64,000 nucleotides of DNA, taken from assembly GCA_951406725.2 (NCBI GenBank), contig OX597814.1, positions 197,098,001 through 197,162,000 on the forward strand, written 5' to 3'. The notes below the pieces were generated by a model. That model was not told where the DNA came from, ran no database searches, and was given only the letters and a program-made list of their open reading frames with translations. Positions 1 to 12,490 of the stretch are shown piece by piece (the first letter of the stretch is position 1; each line of letters starts with the position of its first letter). Origin of the DNA: Octopus vulgaris. Lineage: Eukaryota. The position numbers and the translations under genes are program-made.

Positions 1-414
1 ATATATATATATATGTATATATATATTTAAATGTATTTGTGTAAGTAATATATATATATATATAAACCGTATCATTGTTCCAGCGTTGTTTCTTACAGAA
101 TCAGTTTGTATTCGCATAACCTGGAACTGCTTTATGAGACAGCTGTGTGCTCCCACGTAATCAACATTCTGGAAGGCTTTTCATGCTGTAAATAATCTCA
201 CACATTACCGAGGTTTTCTGGGGTGTTTTTTTCGTAATTTCTTTTAAAATTCTATTCTAATCTACTCTGCAAATAAGACATCCAATCATATACGACGCAC
301 AGATAACTCTACTTCATCTCATCTACATTGTATTGATATATTTATATTCATACTTACATATGTAACTATATAATTATATGTATGAAATTTATTGAATAAC
401 AAGAAAAGCAATAG

Positions 415-558
415 AAATTTATAGAAAGACGGAGACAGGTGTAGGAACAAGCAAGTGTATTAGTTTGACGCTCGGGGAAAATGGAAGTCTTTTACGTTTC
501 GAGCCTGCGCTCTTCGTCAGAAACGAGGAAAAAGTGGGAAAAAATATCACAGGGAGAG
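415..558 (-). mobile_element. Family-E short repeat with minimal hammerhead-like motif (copy 1, intact core)
   Basis: Minus strand 523-490 reads TTT-CTGACGA-A-GAGC-GCAG-GCTC-GAAAC-GTA-AAA; flanks are homologous to copies at 3342, 16890, 36686 and 45800. Confidence 0.6.
490..523 (-). ncRNA. Putative minimal type I hammerhead ribozyme motif
   Basis: CUGACGA core, extra A, 4-bp stem II (GAGC/GCUC), GAAA, palindromic ACGU stem III, GUA cleavage triplet, only 3-bp stem I (UUU/AAA). Activity untested. Confidence 0.45.
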
Positions 559-560
559 AA

Positions 561-708
561 TGTTTATGTCCCCGAAATTTAGTGTTTCAGCACAAGAGAC
601 CGATCGAATAAGTAGTAGGTTAATAAAGAACAGGTCCTTTGTTCGACTGAAGGAGGTGCTCCAGTATGGCTGCAGTGAAGTGACTGAAAGAAGTAAAAGA
701 GTAAAGGA
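561..708 (+). mobile_element. SINE family A, 3' fragment
   Basis: Matches the 3' half of full copies (gtcccc...accgat-gaataagta...ggtgctccag-atggc...gactgaaa-aagtaaaagag). Confidence 0.8.
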
Positions 709-983
709 ACTAAGCAGTGGGGTCGACCTGTTTGAAAGCTTGGTCAGCGTCCAATAACAAAAACAAAAGATAACAGATGATATGTGTGTGTGAGTGTGTG
801 CACGTATGTGCGTGTGTGTGTGTGTGTTTGTGTACACAGATACATGCCCACCTAGTTACATACGTATACGTACAAAGATGCGCACGCAAACTACAGATTT
901 TCATAGACATACGCGAAACGGTGACACACCTGCAGACTAACCTAAGCATATACATTTTCACACGAGGAGGCCGGCCAATAGAT

Positions 984-1402
984 ATATATTTCTTTATTGC
1001 CCACAATGAGCTAAGCATAGAGGGGACAAACAAGGACAGACATAGGTATTAAGTCGATTACATCGACCCCAGTGCGTAACTGGTACTTTATTTATCGACC
1101 CCGAGAGGATGAAAGGCAAAGTCTACCCCGGCGGAATTTGAACTCAGAACGTAACGACAGACGAAATACCTATTTCTTTATTACCCACAAGGGGCTAAAC
1201 ATAGAGGGGACAAACAAGGACAGACATAGGTATTAAGTCGATTATATTGACCCCCAGTGCGTAACTGGTACTTAATTTATCGACCCCGAAAGGATGAAAG
1301 GCAAAGTCGACCTCGGCGGAATTTGAACTCACAACGTAACGCAGACGAAATATCGCTAAGCATTTCGTTCGGCGCGCTAACGTTTCTGCCAGCTCGCCGC
1401 CT
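984..1402 (-). mobile_element. SINE family B dimer (tRNA-like head plus two ~185-bp modules)
   Basis: Minus-strand head GGCGGCGAGCTGGCAGAAACGTTAG and B-box GTTCAAATTCC; module repeated with junction at 1170/1171; 14-bp TSD GCCGGCCAATAGAT at 970-983 and 1403-1416. Confidence 0.9.
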
Positions 1403-1710
1403 GCCGGCCAATAGATGTGCTCGTGTAAGCACATTTACGTTGCAGACTAGCGGAACTAGTTTTTATAAAACCTAATATGCTATCGTTTCGTCTTTTGTAC
1501 GAAACGTTTCATTTAATTGAAAATATTTGACATCGTCAGACGAAACGGAAGTCTAAACAAGAGGCCATTGTTACGTTTTTAGCTACTATCATTATCTAAT
1601 GAATACATGTTTTATATTTTACGTGTTTCAGTCATTAGAGTGAGGCCATACTGGAGCAATGTATTGAAGAATTTTCAAACAAATTAGTCGAGCCAATTGC
1701 TTTTTTTTAA

Positions 1711-2088
1711 ACTTGTTTCAGGCATTTGACTGCGGCCGTGCTCGAGCACCCACTTTCGGCAAACGAATCGATCCCCAGGCCTTATTCTTAATAAGCCTAG
1801 CATTAATTTCACCGGTCTCTTTTGCCAAACCGCTAAGGTTCGGGGTCGTAAGCACACCAACACTGGTTGTCAAGCGATGGTAGGGTTATAAACACACACA
1901 CAAACATATACATATATATATACTCGACCGTCTTCTTTCAGTTTCCGTCTACCAAATCCCTTTACGAGGATTTGGTTGGCCTGAGACTATACTAGAAGGC
2001 ACTTACCCAAGGCGTCACGCAATGGGACGGAACCCACAACCATGTGGTTGGGAATCAAGCATCTTACCACGCACCCACGCCTGCACCT
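1711..2088 (-). mobile_element. SINE family A, diverged full-length copy
   Basis: Colinear with the near-consensus copy at 22614-23026; further A fragments at ~1615-1710 and ~2106-2240. Confidence 0.85.
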
Positions 2089-2242
2089 TATTCATTTTTA
2101 AGACTGTTACTCATTCGACTGTCTCTTTATATTGAACCGCTTGTTTAGGGGATGTAAACAAACCAAGACCGGTTGTGAAGTTGTGGTGGAGGACAAAACA
2201 GAAAAAAAGATACACAACACACACTCACGCATACAAACACAC

Positions 2243-2505
2243 AGAGGTTGTGAGTTCAAATTCCGGACCGTGATGCGTGTAGTGTTCATGAGCAAGACAC
2301 TTTATTCCACGTTGCTCGAGTTCACTCAGCTGTAGAAATTAGTTGCGATGTCGCTGAAGCCAATCTGTATTGGCCCTTCCCTTTTTCGAGATCATTATCA
2401 GTAGAGAGGGGATACTTGCCTACGTGGGCGACTGCAGGTCTCCCACTAACAACCTTTCACGGACTTGTTCCGAGGAGAACTTTCTAAGTGCAATCTCATG
2501 GTTAT
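2243..2505 (+). mobile_element. SINE family D, diverged 5'-truncated copy
   Basis: Colinear with 2593-2926 (gttgtgagttc..., gagcaagacactttatt-cacgttgctc-agttcactcagctgtagaaat). Confidence 0.8.
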
Positions 2506-2543
2506 TCGACTTTATCCTATATTCGTCTTTATCTATCTATATA

Positions 2544-2592
<49 letters not shown>

Positions 2593-2595
<3 letters not shown>

Positions 2596-2926
2596 GGCGC
2601 ATGGCTCAGTGGTTACAGCGTCGAGCTTACGATCGTGAGGTTGTGAGTTCGAATTCCGGACCGGGCTGCGTGTTGTGTTCTTGAGCAAGACACTTTATTT
2701 CACGTTGCTCCAGTTCACTCAGCTGTAGAAATAAGTTGCGATGTTACAGGTGCCAAGCTGTATCGGCCTTTGTCTTTCCCTTGAATAACACTGGTGGCGT
2801 GGAGAAGGGAGGCCGGTATGCATGGGCGACTGCTGGTCTTCCTTAAAAAGCCTTGCCCGGACGTGTGCCTGGAAGGGTAAATTTCTAGGTGCAATTCTAT
2901 GGTCAGTCATGACCGAAGGGGGTCTC
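2593..2926 (+). mobile_element. SINE family D (tRNA-derived head, CORE-like central domain), full length
   Basis: A-box TGGCTCAGTGG, B-box GTTCGAATTCC, central ttgtgttcttgagcaagacactttatttcacgttgctccagttcactcagctg resembling CORE-SINE cores; (GT)n on both sides. Confidence 0.85.
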
Positions 2927-3341
2927 ATCAGTGTGTGTGTGTATGGTTTTGTGTATGTGTGTGAGTGTGTGTATTTTGAATTTGCTTGCCTGTATAATGT
3001 TCGGAAAAGCGACAAAGAGATGGGTACATGAAACAATTGCAGCGTGGAAGATGTTTATAAGCTTACAAGTATCTTCCACGCAGCGAATGTTTTTGTTTCA
3101 ACACATGATCTCAGATCAAGTCACTTGCTCTGCAAATACATCTCTGTAATACATGAAACAATTTTTTCCTTATTTCATATGTAGCAAATAGTTCATAGCA
3201 TGAAGTAGACATGCATTTATATATAGGACTATATGTTTTCCTTAAATATTCTTTGATAATACACACGTACACAAACATGCACACACACACACACACATAT
3301 AACACACGTACAAACATATACACCCAAAGACATATCACAAA

Positions 3342-3512
3342 TAGCCACTACACACATTTTTTTCTCTCCTTGTTTTTTTCTGTGGCCCTTTCTGTAGAAG
3401 AGCGTAGGCTCGAAACGTAAAACACTTTTTCTATTCCTGAGCGCTATACTAATACATCTGTTTGTTTGTATTCCACCTGCCTTCGTTTTTTGTTTATTTT
3501 CGTAAACTTTCC

Positions 3513-3515
<3 letters not shown>
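3342..3515 (+). mobile_element. Family-E repeat (copy 2), hammerhead-like motif with core variant
   Basis: 3389-3422 TTT-CTGTAGA-A-GAGC-GTAG-GCTC-GAAAC-GTA-AAA; closely similar to 36686-36878; followed by (TA)n. Confidence 0.65.
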
Positions 3516-3571
<56 letters not shown>

Positions 3572-3645
3572 CATACATACATCTGTATATGTATATTTTG
3601 ATATATCTGTATAATATAGCAGGAATATCTATAATACACAATACC

Positions 3646-3877
3646 TATTTCTTTATTACCCACAAGGGGCTGAACATAGAGGGGACAAACATGGACAGAC
3701 ATAGGTATTAAGTCGATTATATCGACCCCAGTGCTTAACTGGTACTTAATTTATCGACCCCGAAAGGATGAAAGGCAAAGTCGACCTCGGCGGAATTTGA
3801 ACTCACAACGTAACGGCAGACGAAATACCGCTAAGCATTTCGCCCGACGTGCTAACGATTCTGCTTGCTCGCCGCCT
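3646..3877 (-). mobile_element. SINE family B monomer (long tail)
   Basis: Full head and module; 20-bp TSD TATCTATAATACACAATACC at 3626-3645 and 3878-3897. Confidence 0.92.
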
Positions 3878-4609
3878 TATCTATAATACACAATACCGAT
3901 GCACATTAGCAGTTACAGAGTATTATAAATATTGTATTTGTAAACTCTAACATATGATACTGAAATATACACATCGGGACACACTGACACACACAGAAAC
4001 ATGCACTCCCACACTCACACACACTCACACACAAAGATCTATGTAGTGTTTGTGTGTCTGTCTAGAACCGAGGCGGAAAGACCTGCAGTGAACGTCCTGC
4101 ATATTAATATGGCTGTCTCTCGTATATGCTTTATGCTGAGTTGAAAAATTTCCACCAACAGAAACAACTCAGGTGATTTGTTGACAAAAACTGCCCCCGA
4201 GGGATGCTTAGAACGACAATGAAATCTGATAATTCCACGAATGGAAAGCTTTCGGACAGTATAGACCACGTAGAGTGTAGAATGGAGTAGTTATGTAGCT
4301 ATACAGGAAGCTGTATCACTGTGAGTGTATATGTGTGTGCGTTATACGTGTTTGTTTGTTATAAGAATTCTGTACTTATTTTATTGTCATAAAACTTTTA
4401 GTCTGAGATTTATTAATTGCAAACTACGTGAAGTTGATCAAGACCAACAATGGACGAAAAATTAAGCTTTCCGTGGTCGATATTAATACAGGAAGTTTTT
4501 TCAATATTTAAACAAAAGAAAAACGTTACCAACTCCACTTCTCATTTGTTCTGTTTTTTGTTATTTTTACATCATATTTTTCGCTTCCGAAACTGCTTTG
4601 ATTGCTGTT

Positions 4610-4688
4610 GCTACCACCACTACTTCTACTTCTACTACTGCTAATACTACAACTACTTCTACTACTTCTACTGCTGCTGCTGCTGCTG

Positions 4689-4743
<55 letters not shown>

Positions 4744-4755
4744 AACTACTACTAG
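4610..4755. repeat. (CTA)n/(CTG)n trinucleotide microsatellite
   Basis: Direct reading; source of the poly-T/L/V ORFs. Confidence 0.95.
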
Positions 4756-5248
4756 ATTGCTCATTGTTGTTCTACGGTGAGGATTCGGTAGTTCAGACAA
4801 GTGAATCACCTTTTCTTGAATTAATGCATCAATGGTTCTTTTTTTCGCGGTCATATTTACCTCTGAGTTAATTCTGAGGCAGATTCAGCGCGATGCAGCA
4901 TGTAATAAAAAAAAAGCGGTATTATTTGACTTAGAGGTAAAATACACCCGTTGGGTTTCTATACAGTTTCCAGGTCCCAAATTTCACTAACACAGTTTGA
5001 GGTTGTCTCGAGGTTACTGAAAATGTAATTGGCCCAAGATGTGGCAGTTTGGGATCGGTCTCGGTACGTTAAGGTTGCGAAGCGAATTTCTTAACCATTC
5101 ATATTTCTTTATTGCCCACAAGGGCCTAAACATAGAGGGGACAGACAAGAACAGACAAAGGGATTAAGTCGATTACATGAAAAGGCAAATTGAAAATCTG
5201 AATTAAAACGTAAACTCTGAAGACAAACTTATGAAAACGCTTTGGACA

Positions 5249-5660
5249 TTCGGCGATCTGGCAGAAACGTTAGCATAGCGGTATTTCGCCTGTCTTTACG
5301 TTCTGAGTTCAAATTCCACCGAGGTCGACTTTGCCTTTCATCCTCGTCGATAAATTAAGTACCAGTTACGCACTGCGGTCGATGTAATCGACTTAATCCC
5401 TTTGTTCGTCCTTGTTTGCTCCCCTCTATGTTTAGCCCCTTGTGGGCAATATGAAAACAAGAAACGTTAGCACGCCGGGCGAAATTCATAGCGGTATTTC
5501 GTCTGTCTTTACGTTCTGAGTTCAAATTCCGCCGATGTCGACTTTGCCTTTCATCCTCTCGGGGTCGAAAAATTAAGTCCAAGTTGCGTACTGGGGTCGA
5601 GCTAATCGACTGGCTCCCTCCGCCAAAATTTAGGGCCTTGTGCCTAAAGCAGAAAATAAA
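5249..5660 (+). mobile_element. SINE family B dimer (long-tail unit then short-tail unit)
   Basis: Junction ...gggcaatatgaaaacaa/gaaacgttagcacgccggg near 5460; imperfect TSD AAAACGCTTTGGACA (5234-5248) vs AGAATGCTTTGGACA (5661-5675). An opposite-strand B fragment lies at ~5102-5190. Confidence 0.88.
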
Positions 5661-7115
5661 AGAATGCTTTGGACAGGCAAAGGGTAAATCTAAATTATAT
5701 TTCATATTGGTTATCTTTGTAAAGAAAAGACGAGATTTAAAAGAGATCTGATTGTTATTGCTGGCATGGCCCACACCCACATAAAACCGCCTTTGTTTTC
5801 CTTTACTTGTTGATGTTGATGTTCCCTTTTCTGTGCCAACTACTACTCCTATTGCTGTAGCTGTGTTCTTTAAAATCTGTGTGTGCAATGTTTTCGTAGT
5901 GATCTTGACGTAGTCTGTATTCGATCACGTGTGTATTCTGAAAAAGGCAAGAAGAAAATAAACCAGAAAAATTAGCAGAAAAAGTGAGAGATTTCAACAA
6001 AAACTTACGTTTTCATTGACGCCGTATAAATGTTCAGATTAACAAAACAAACAGCCTTCAGATTGTATGAATTGGCTATGCTAGCGTGAATTATTTTCTG
6101 AGCTTCTCTGTTATCGCTTCTTGTAACGTGGTTGCACGGATGCAAACTAGTGAAATATTTTCTTTCCGGAGTTTATTTAAAAAAAAAAAAATAACATGAA
6201 AAAAAAAAACCAACCAGAAAACAAAACACACAAGATAACTATTGACAGCTGTGAATGTAACAAGTCTATTGTCATTCTTGTATGTGTTTGTTTGTTTTAT
6301 TCGCTGTAAGGTTTACTGTAGCTGTAGTAATAACAGTTTTGAATGCATACAAAGATCGGTGGCTTGAAGTATACAGGAATGATTTTATGTGTCATACGCA
6401 CACTCACACAAACATAGTACACTCACAAACATACACGCACATACACATATATGTATATATATATACACACACACACATGTATACACGTTGGTAACGAACC
6501 AGAAATATGAATAATTAACACAGGAAATGTGGATAAATGTTTTATTTAATAGAATTTTCATGAATTTTCTGGTACGGAGTTCAGCATTTATTCAGCCAGG
6601 ATTCGGAACAGAAATATTAGGTCTTAATTAAATATTCCTCACATGGGTTCCATAAAATTTACATTTTTGATATGAGAATGAAGCATATACACTCATATAC
6701 CACATATGAATCTTTAAGAAATTTCATCCTGTAAACCTATAAATTATTATCAACTAAAACTGCAAATCTCAATTCCGGCTTTCTAACATGAAGTACAATT
6801 TCTACATATATATAGGTGTGTATGTGTGTCTGTGTGTGTATAAGTATATAGATATGTATGTATACATATAAAACTATATATATATATATATATATAGTAA
6901 GATTTTACTTTAAATTGTAAGACAAATATTTCGTACTCATAACTCCATGTGTTTTTGTGTATATACATAAAGAAAAGCGCACGAAATATTCGTATTTTGT
7001 TCCAAGTTTAGTCTATAAAATGGATACAAGCAAAACTTATTTGATGTTTTCTCTCTTCCATTTGATGTCTATCCCCCCACACTTTCTCACTCGCGCTCTC
7101 TGTCTTTTTCTCTCA

Positions 7116-7196
<81 letters not shown>

Positions 7197-7294
7197 TCTG
7201 TCTGCTTATCTGTCTATATACAACATATAAAGACAGGGGTATTGGGGATAGATAGATAGATAACAGAAATTGAATTGAACGACAGTTTTTATTT

Positions 7295-7500
7295 AGAATC
7301 ACTACAATTGTTTCAACAAATTTTTACACCTGTTGTACATTGATGAGATGATAAATTTGACATGCTATGTAATCACTATCATTTGTCCAAGGTGTAAGAT
7401 GTGCTTCCTCAGGTGATTATTTTAAATACGTCCTTCGTGAGACCATACTGCCATTTCATGCAGTGTGAGAATGAATATGAATACCCATATGCTTTGTGAT
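7295..7500 (-). pseudogene. Possible highly decayed Tc1-like transposase C-terminal remnant
   Basis: Minus-strand peptides in shifting frames, EEAHLTPWTN and IISSMYNRCKKFVE, resemble the Tc1 C-terminal LxEAIxxxW...SMPxRCxxVI pattern. Confidence 0.3.
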
Positions 7501-8512
7501 CTTGATTATTTATACGCCACTGAAAGCAGGTTATTGGCCCTATGAGTGTTGGGGTTCAAGGTATAAAATCCAACCTGTCTTTGTTCCCCAACTTAGGTCC
7601 TGATAATATCTAAACCCGGTCTGGTTTCGACACACACAAGCAGAATTCTCAGAATTGATTTTAAGTAAAATAAATTTAATATGTTTCTTTTCTCCCTCAT
7701 CAGTGAAGAAGATTATTGAAGGAAATATATATTTACTTACACTTTGTAAATAAATATTTTATTACAAGTGTCATATTGCTTTTAAGTTGGAAACGAATTA
7801 GAGAAACAAAAAAAATATATTGCAACTACAGACAGAAATAAATTTCAAAATATGAAAACATTGTAAAAAATAGATTATGCTGGGGATAAAAAAAAACAAT
7901 TAGAACGAGCAAAGCTAAATTGAATGAGATTCTGGCAAGACAATACTTTACGAATGACGGAGTGGAGAGCGAGGGGAAAATGGCGTAATTGTAAATATTG
8001 CAAAAATATACCGCTCATAAAATATCTAGCATGACAGGAAATACATATTTTATATGAATTCTGTTTTTAATTGAATTTTTTTGCGAAATGTCATCATTGG
8101 TTGTACAAAATTACTGTTTCAAGTAGAACGTATGTTTATTTTATCTCGATAATTAAACGAAATTAGAAAGTACCATCTTTCAAAATTGAAATATTATCTT
8201 TGAGAGAGATAATTTCATTAGCCTAGTTTCTGATAGATTTTATTGAATTTCATTCCGACATTTCTGCCAATAACAAAAAGAAAACAATTAGTTTCAATGA
8301 ATTAAAAACATAATGCTAATGATAGAATAAAAACCAACAAAAACAACGCTGACAGCAGCTAAATTAAAATAAAACAGCAAGAACAACAGTGAGAACAGTA
8401 ACAAGTTCTAAAAGCAAGAACTGAATGTCAAAAAGAAAAAAAAAAGAAGAAAAGACACCAGGGAGCGTACAAAATCAAAAATTGATGGAAAAAAGATTCA
8501 GATATAAGAGTC

Positions 8513-8724
8513 ATTTCTACTACAGGCACAAGGCCCGGAATCTGAAGGAAGGGAATTTTTCGATTACATTGACTCCAGTGCGTAGTTGTTAATTATTTAT
8601 TCGATTTCGATAGGATGAAAGCGAAAGTGGACCTTCATAGCGTTTGAACTCAGAAAGTAAGAACAAACGAAATGCCGCTAAGCATTTCGTCCGACGAGCT
8701 AACGATTCTGCCAGCTCACCGCCT
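8513..8724 (-). mobile_element. SINE family B, diverged short-tail copy
   Basis: ttctactacaggcacaaggcc ... gaactcagaa-gtaag-ac--acgaaatgccgctaagcatttcg...ctgccagctcaccgcc; a second diverged copy lies at ~8980-9168. Confidence 0.85.
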
Positions 8725-8738
8725 TAGATTCAGTTATA

Positions 8739-8964
8739 TTGGGTTGTCCAGAAAGTTCATGTCGACTTTTAAAGGAAAGAAAAATGTCAATAAATACTTG
8801 CCATTACATTTTTAATCGACCACATATGAAACATTTTGTTGCACAATGCGTCTCCATCTTTCCTTTAACTTGAATATACCTTCTTCCCAGAATTGAGGTA
8901 ACTGGGAGGGTAGGTCGAAAGGTAAGCTATTATGAAATCGGCACGAACTTTCCGGACAACCCAA
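8739..8964 (-). mobile_element. Mariner-derived MITE (internal deletion derivative)
   Basis: 27-bp TIRs TTGGGTTGTCCAGAAAGTTCATGTCGA / revcomp TTGGGTTGTCCGGAAAGTTCGTGCCGA, TA on both sides; minus strand encodes PQFWEEGIFKLKERWRRIVQQNVSYVVD*, a mariner transposase C-terminus. Confidence 0.9.
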
Positions 8965-9641
8965 TAATAATAATAATAATTCTTTCTACTACAAACACAA
9001 GGCCTGTAATTTGTGGGGGAAGCACTATTGGATCACATCGACCACAGTACGTAACTGGTTCTTATTTCATCGACTCCGAAGTCGACCTCAGCTGAGTGTG
9101 TACTCAAGACGTAAAGACGCCGGAATACCGCTAAGAAGTTTGTCCGGATAGCTAATGATTCTACCAGCTAAGGGAATTATTTGTAAAAGCTTAATAATAT
9201 TGGTGTATAATTTCGTCAGCGAGAGTGTTTTAATGATCAAATGATCTATTAGAATAGTAATATCATCAACCCCAGGTCTCAACCTATTGTTTTACACGAA
9301 ATACATTAAATACTGTAGATGTTAATACACGCCATAGTAAAATAAAATAGACAAATAGACATGGATGGAAAACTTTCGTTTAATGATTTGTTTTGTCAGG
9401 AATGTCATTATGGTACAACGATAGGTACTTAAATCATTCGCAGTTTTATACATTCATACATACATACGTACATACATATCGTGAGTTGAATCTACAGTTT
9501 AGATTGGATTTCATACTGACATATCCACAATAACCCACGAACGCATGATGTCTTCATGATTGTTTTACTTCCCTGTAAACAGTATGTTATTGTACCTAGC
9601 CATTTCTGGTATCCTTTACCTTTATAAAGCACTTGTTAGTT

Positions 9642-9681
<40 letters not shown>

Positions 9682-9842
9682 CGTGAGAAACTGCTGATGC
9701 AACATTCTACCATATACAATAGAGAATATCAAGGAGAGACATGGTTTTAAAGTGCTTAGCTGTATATCATCTTTCTCATCAACCATCCCAGAGAGGAGAC
9801 TGAGTTTGCTGACCACTGCTGAAGAAGTAAAGTAGAACTTGT

Positions 9843-10251
9843 GAGTGCAGGAGTGGCTGTGTGGTAAGATGCTTGCTTATCAACCACATGGTTCCGGGTT
9901 CAGTCCCACTGCGTGGCACTTTGAGCAAGTGTCTTCTCCTATAGCTTCGGACCGACCAAAGCCTTGTGAGTTGCTTCGGTAGACAGAAACTGAAAGAAGC
10001 CCGTCGTATATATGTGTGTCTTTGTTTGTGTCTGTGATTGACCCCCAACATCGCTTGACAACCGATACTGGTGTGCTTACGTCCCCGTGGTTTGTTTACG
10101 TCATCGTAACAATAGCGGTTCGGCAAAGGAGACCTATAGAATAAGTACTAGGCTTACAAAGAATAAGTCGTGGGGTCGAGTTGCTCGACTAAAGACGGTG
10201 CTCCAGCATGGCCGCAGTCAAATGACTGAAACAAGTAAAAGAGTAAAAGAG
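9843..10251 (+). mobile_element. SINE family A, full length
   Basis: A-box TGGCTGTGTGG, B-box GGTTCAGTCCC, CORE-like ggcactttgagcaagtgtcttc, internal TA/TG tract, tail (GTAAAAGA)2. Confidence 0.92.
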
Positions 10252-10253
10252 CA

Positions 10254-10496
10254 ATGTGTTGCAGGACACTTTATTTCACGTTGCTCCGTCCACTTAGTTG
10301 GGAAAAGTGAGTTGTGCCTGTAATTCAAAGGGCCAGCCTTCTCACATTCTGTGTCGTGCTAAATCTCCCTGAGAACTAGGTTAAGAGAGACGCGTGTCTG
10401 TGGAGAACTCAGCCACTTGCACGTTAATTTCGAGAGCAGGCTGTTCCGTTGATCGGACCAACTGGAACTTTCGTCGTCGTAACCGACGGAGTGCCA
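10254..10496 (+). mobile_element. SINE fragment: D-type core joined to C1-type tail
   Basis: gacactttatttcacgttgctcc core as at ~2690; tail ...gcaggctgttccgttgat...gtcgtcgtaaccgacggagtgc as the revcomp of 63077-63260. Confidence 0.85.
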
Positions 10497-11339
10497 TTTT
10501 TATATATATCTTTCTACCTCCCTCCCTCCCTCTCCCTCTCTTCTTCTCTGTTTATGTATGTAAGCATCTATTTATGCTTATATTCCTGTGTGATATATTT
10601 TTTCACTCCTCTCTCTCAAACACACTTAAACACACACACACACACACACCATCTGTACTCGAATATTGGTAAGTGTGATCATGTGTTTCTCCTAGGTACC
10701 AGACAGTCTTGTCGCAATAAATCGTGGAAAGTCTCGTCACCTCTGCCATATTATGAGCCTCTACAAATCTCGCCATATTGTCTCATTCTTTATTAATAGA
10801 CTTTTGCTGTAGGAAACTATCAAAATAAATACAAAACTCTCTATCCCAGAACCATACAAATACTGCAAAATTCGGAATGAAACGATGTGTTTTTTCTAGA
10901 TCTGATCATGTTACTGAATCCATTGAAATTACAGATATAAAATCTACGAAGATTTCATGGAAACTACTGCAACAGCTACGACAAGAACCACAGCATCAAT
11001 AGTAGGTGAGACAGCATGGGAATCATAACGTAGTTATTAGATGTGTTAGAAAAAGTAGCTACATAACTCCGAAATCACGCACAAATATATATATATAAAA
11101 CAGAACAAGAACGTAACGGACGACAATGAAAACATACTGACAGATGGACGATACCAAGACGGACAGGAAAACCAGGACGGAATATTCGTAGCTTTCTATT
11201 CATCAGTCAAGTTTCATATAATCGTTACAGTTTCGGCTTGTTACACGTGAGACTGTTCATAATTGGTAGGCCCTAAAAAGTAAGTTAAGGGCATTAAATT
11301 TTGGGGAGAAAGCGAGCGAATATGTGCGACACTCGGGTA

Positions 11340-11454
<115 letters not shown>

Positions 11455-11693
11455 ATAAATATTTGTATGTATGTATATATATAATATATATATGTATATA
11501 TATATATAGAGAGAGAGAGATAGATGAATACATGCATAGACAGATAGATTTGATTAGAGGACACGTTAAGCTTGTAAAGGGGTGGATGCATTCAATGAAA
11601 TACTCTTTCCATACCTGGTATTGTTGGGGAATGAATTTCCCTTAAATCAATAGGTATATATTAAGCATATAGTTTATATACAATATATATATT

Positions 11694-11762
<69 letters not shown>

Positions 11763-11904
11763 TAAACTATATATGCACGCATGCACCTATCTATCTATCT
11801 ATGTATGTATGCATGTATGTACCTTTGTGTCTGTGTTTCTGACGAAATTGTGAGATGTTTGATTCAATATGTATTGAACTTCAATCATAACATATAGGTC
11901 TTTT

Positions 11905-12490
11905 GGATGATGATGAAGATCATCACCATCATCGTCGTCGTTGTCATTACCATTCACATCATCACTACCATCGTAAACCCTAACACGACCATCACCATTA
12001 AAACCATCAGCATCACTGTTATCAGTATGATCATCTTTATATTATCCTTAATATTCATCACTATCCTCCTCCTCCTTATCATCACCATCGTCATTATGGT
12101 CGATATCGTCGTTGTCCCCATCATTATCATCACCAGCACCATCATAATCCCCACCAAAACCGGCATCAGCTTCATTATTTTCATCTTTATTTTATCGCCT
12201 TTACCTTCCACCTCCCCATCCTCATCAATATCACCTTCAGTATCATCATCATCATCATCATCACTACGATCATTGTCACTACCACAAGCAGCTTCATCGT
12301 CACTATCAGCATCATCTTGATCATTTTCACGTCTAATATCTTCATCTTCGTCCAAATTATCATCCCTCCTTCCCGTTCCCCCTCGTCCTCATCACCACCA
12401 TCGTCATTACCATCACCATCATGATCATGATCATCTTCATCATCTTCATCAACTTCATCATCACCATCAGTCTTTTCCCATCTTCATACC
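11905..12490. repeat. Degenerate (CAT)n/(CAC)n low-complexity tract
   Basis: Direct reading; source of the I/S-rich and D/M-rich ORFs. Confidence 0.9.

Noticed and set aside
11907-12355. Acidic or hydrophobic 133-137 aa ORFs
   Set aside because: Degenerate (CAT)n tract; the composition is explained by the repeat.
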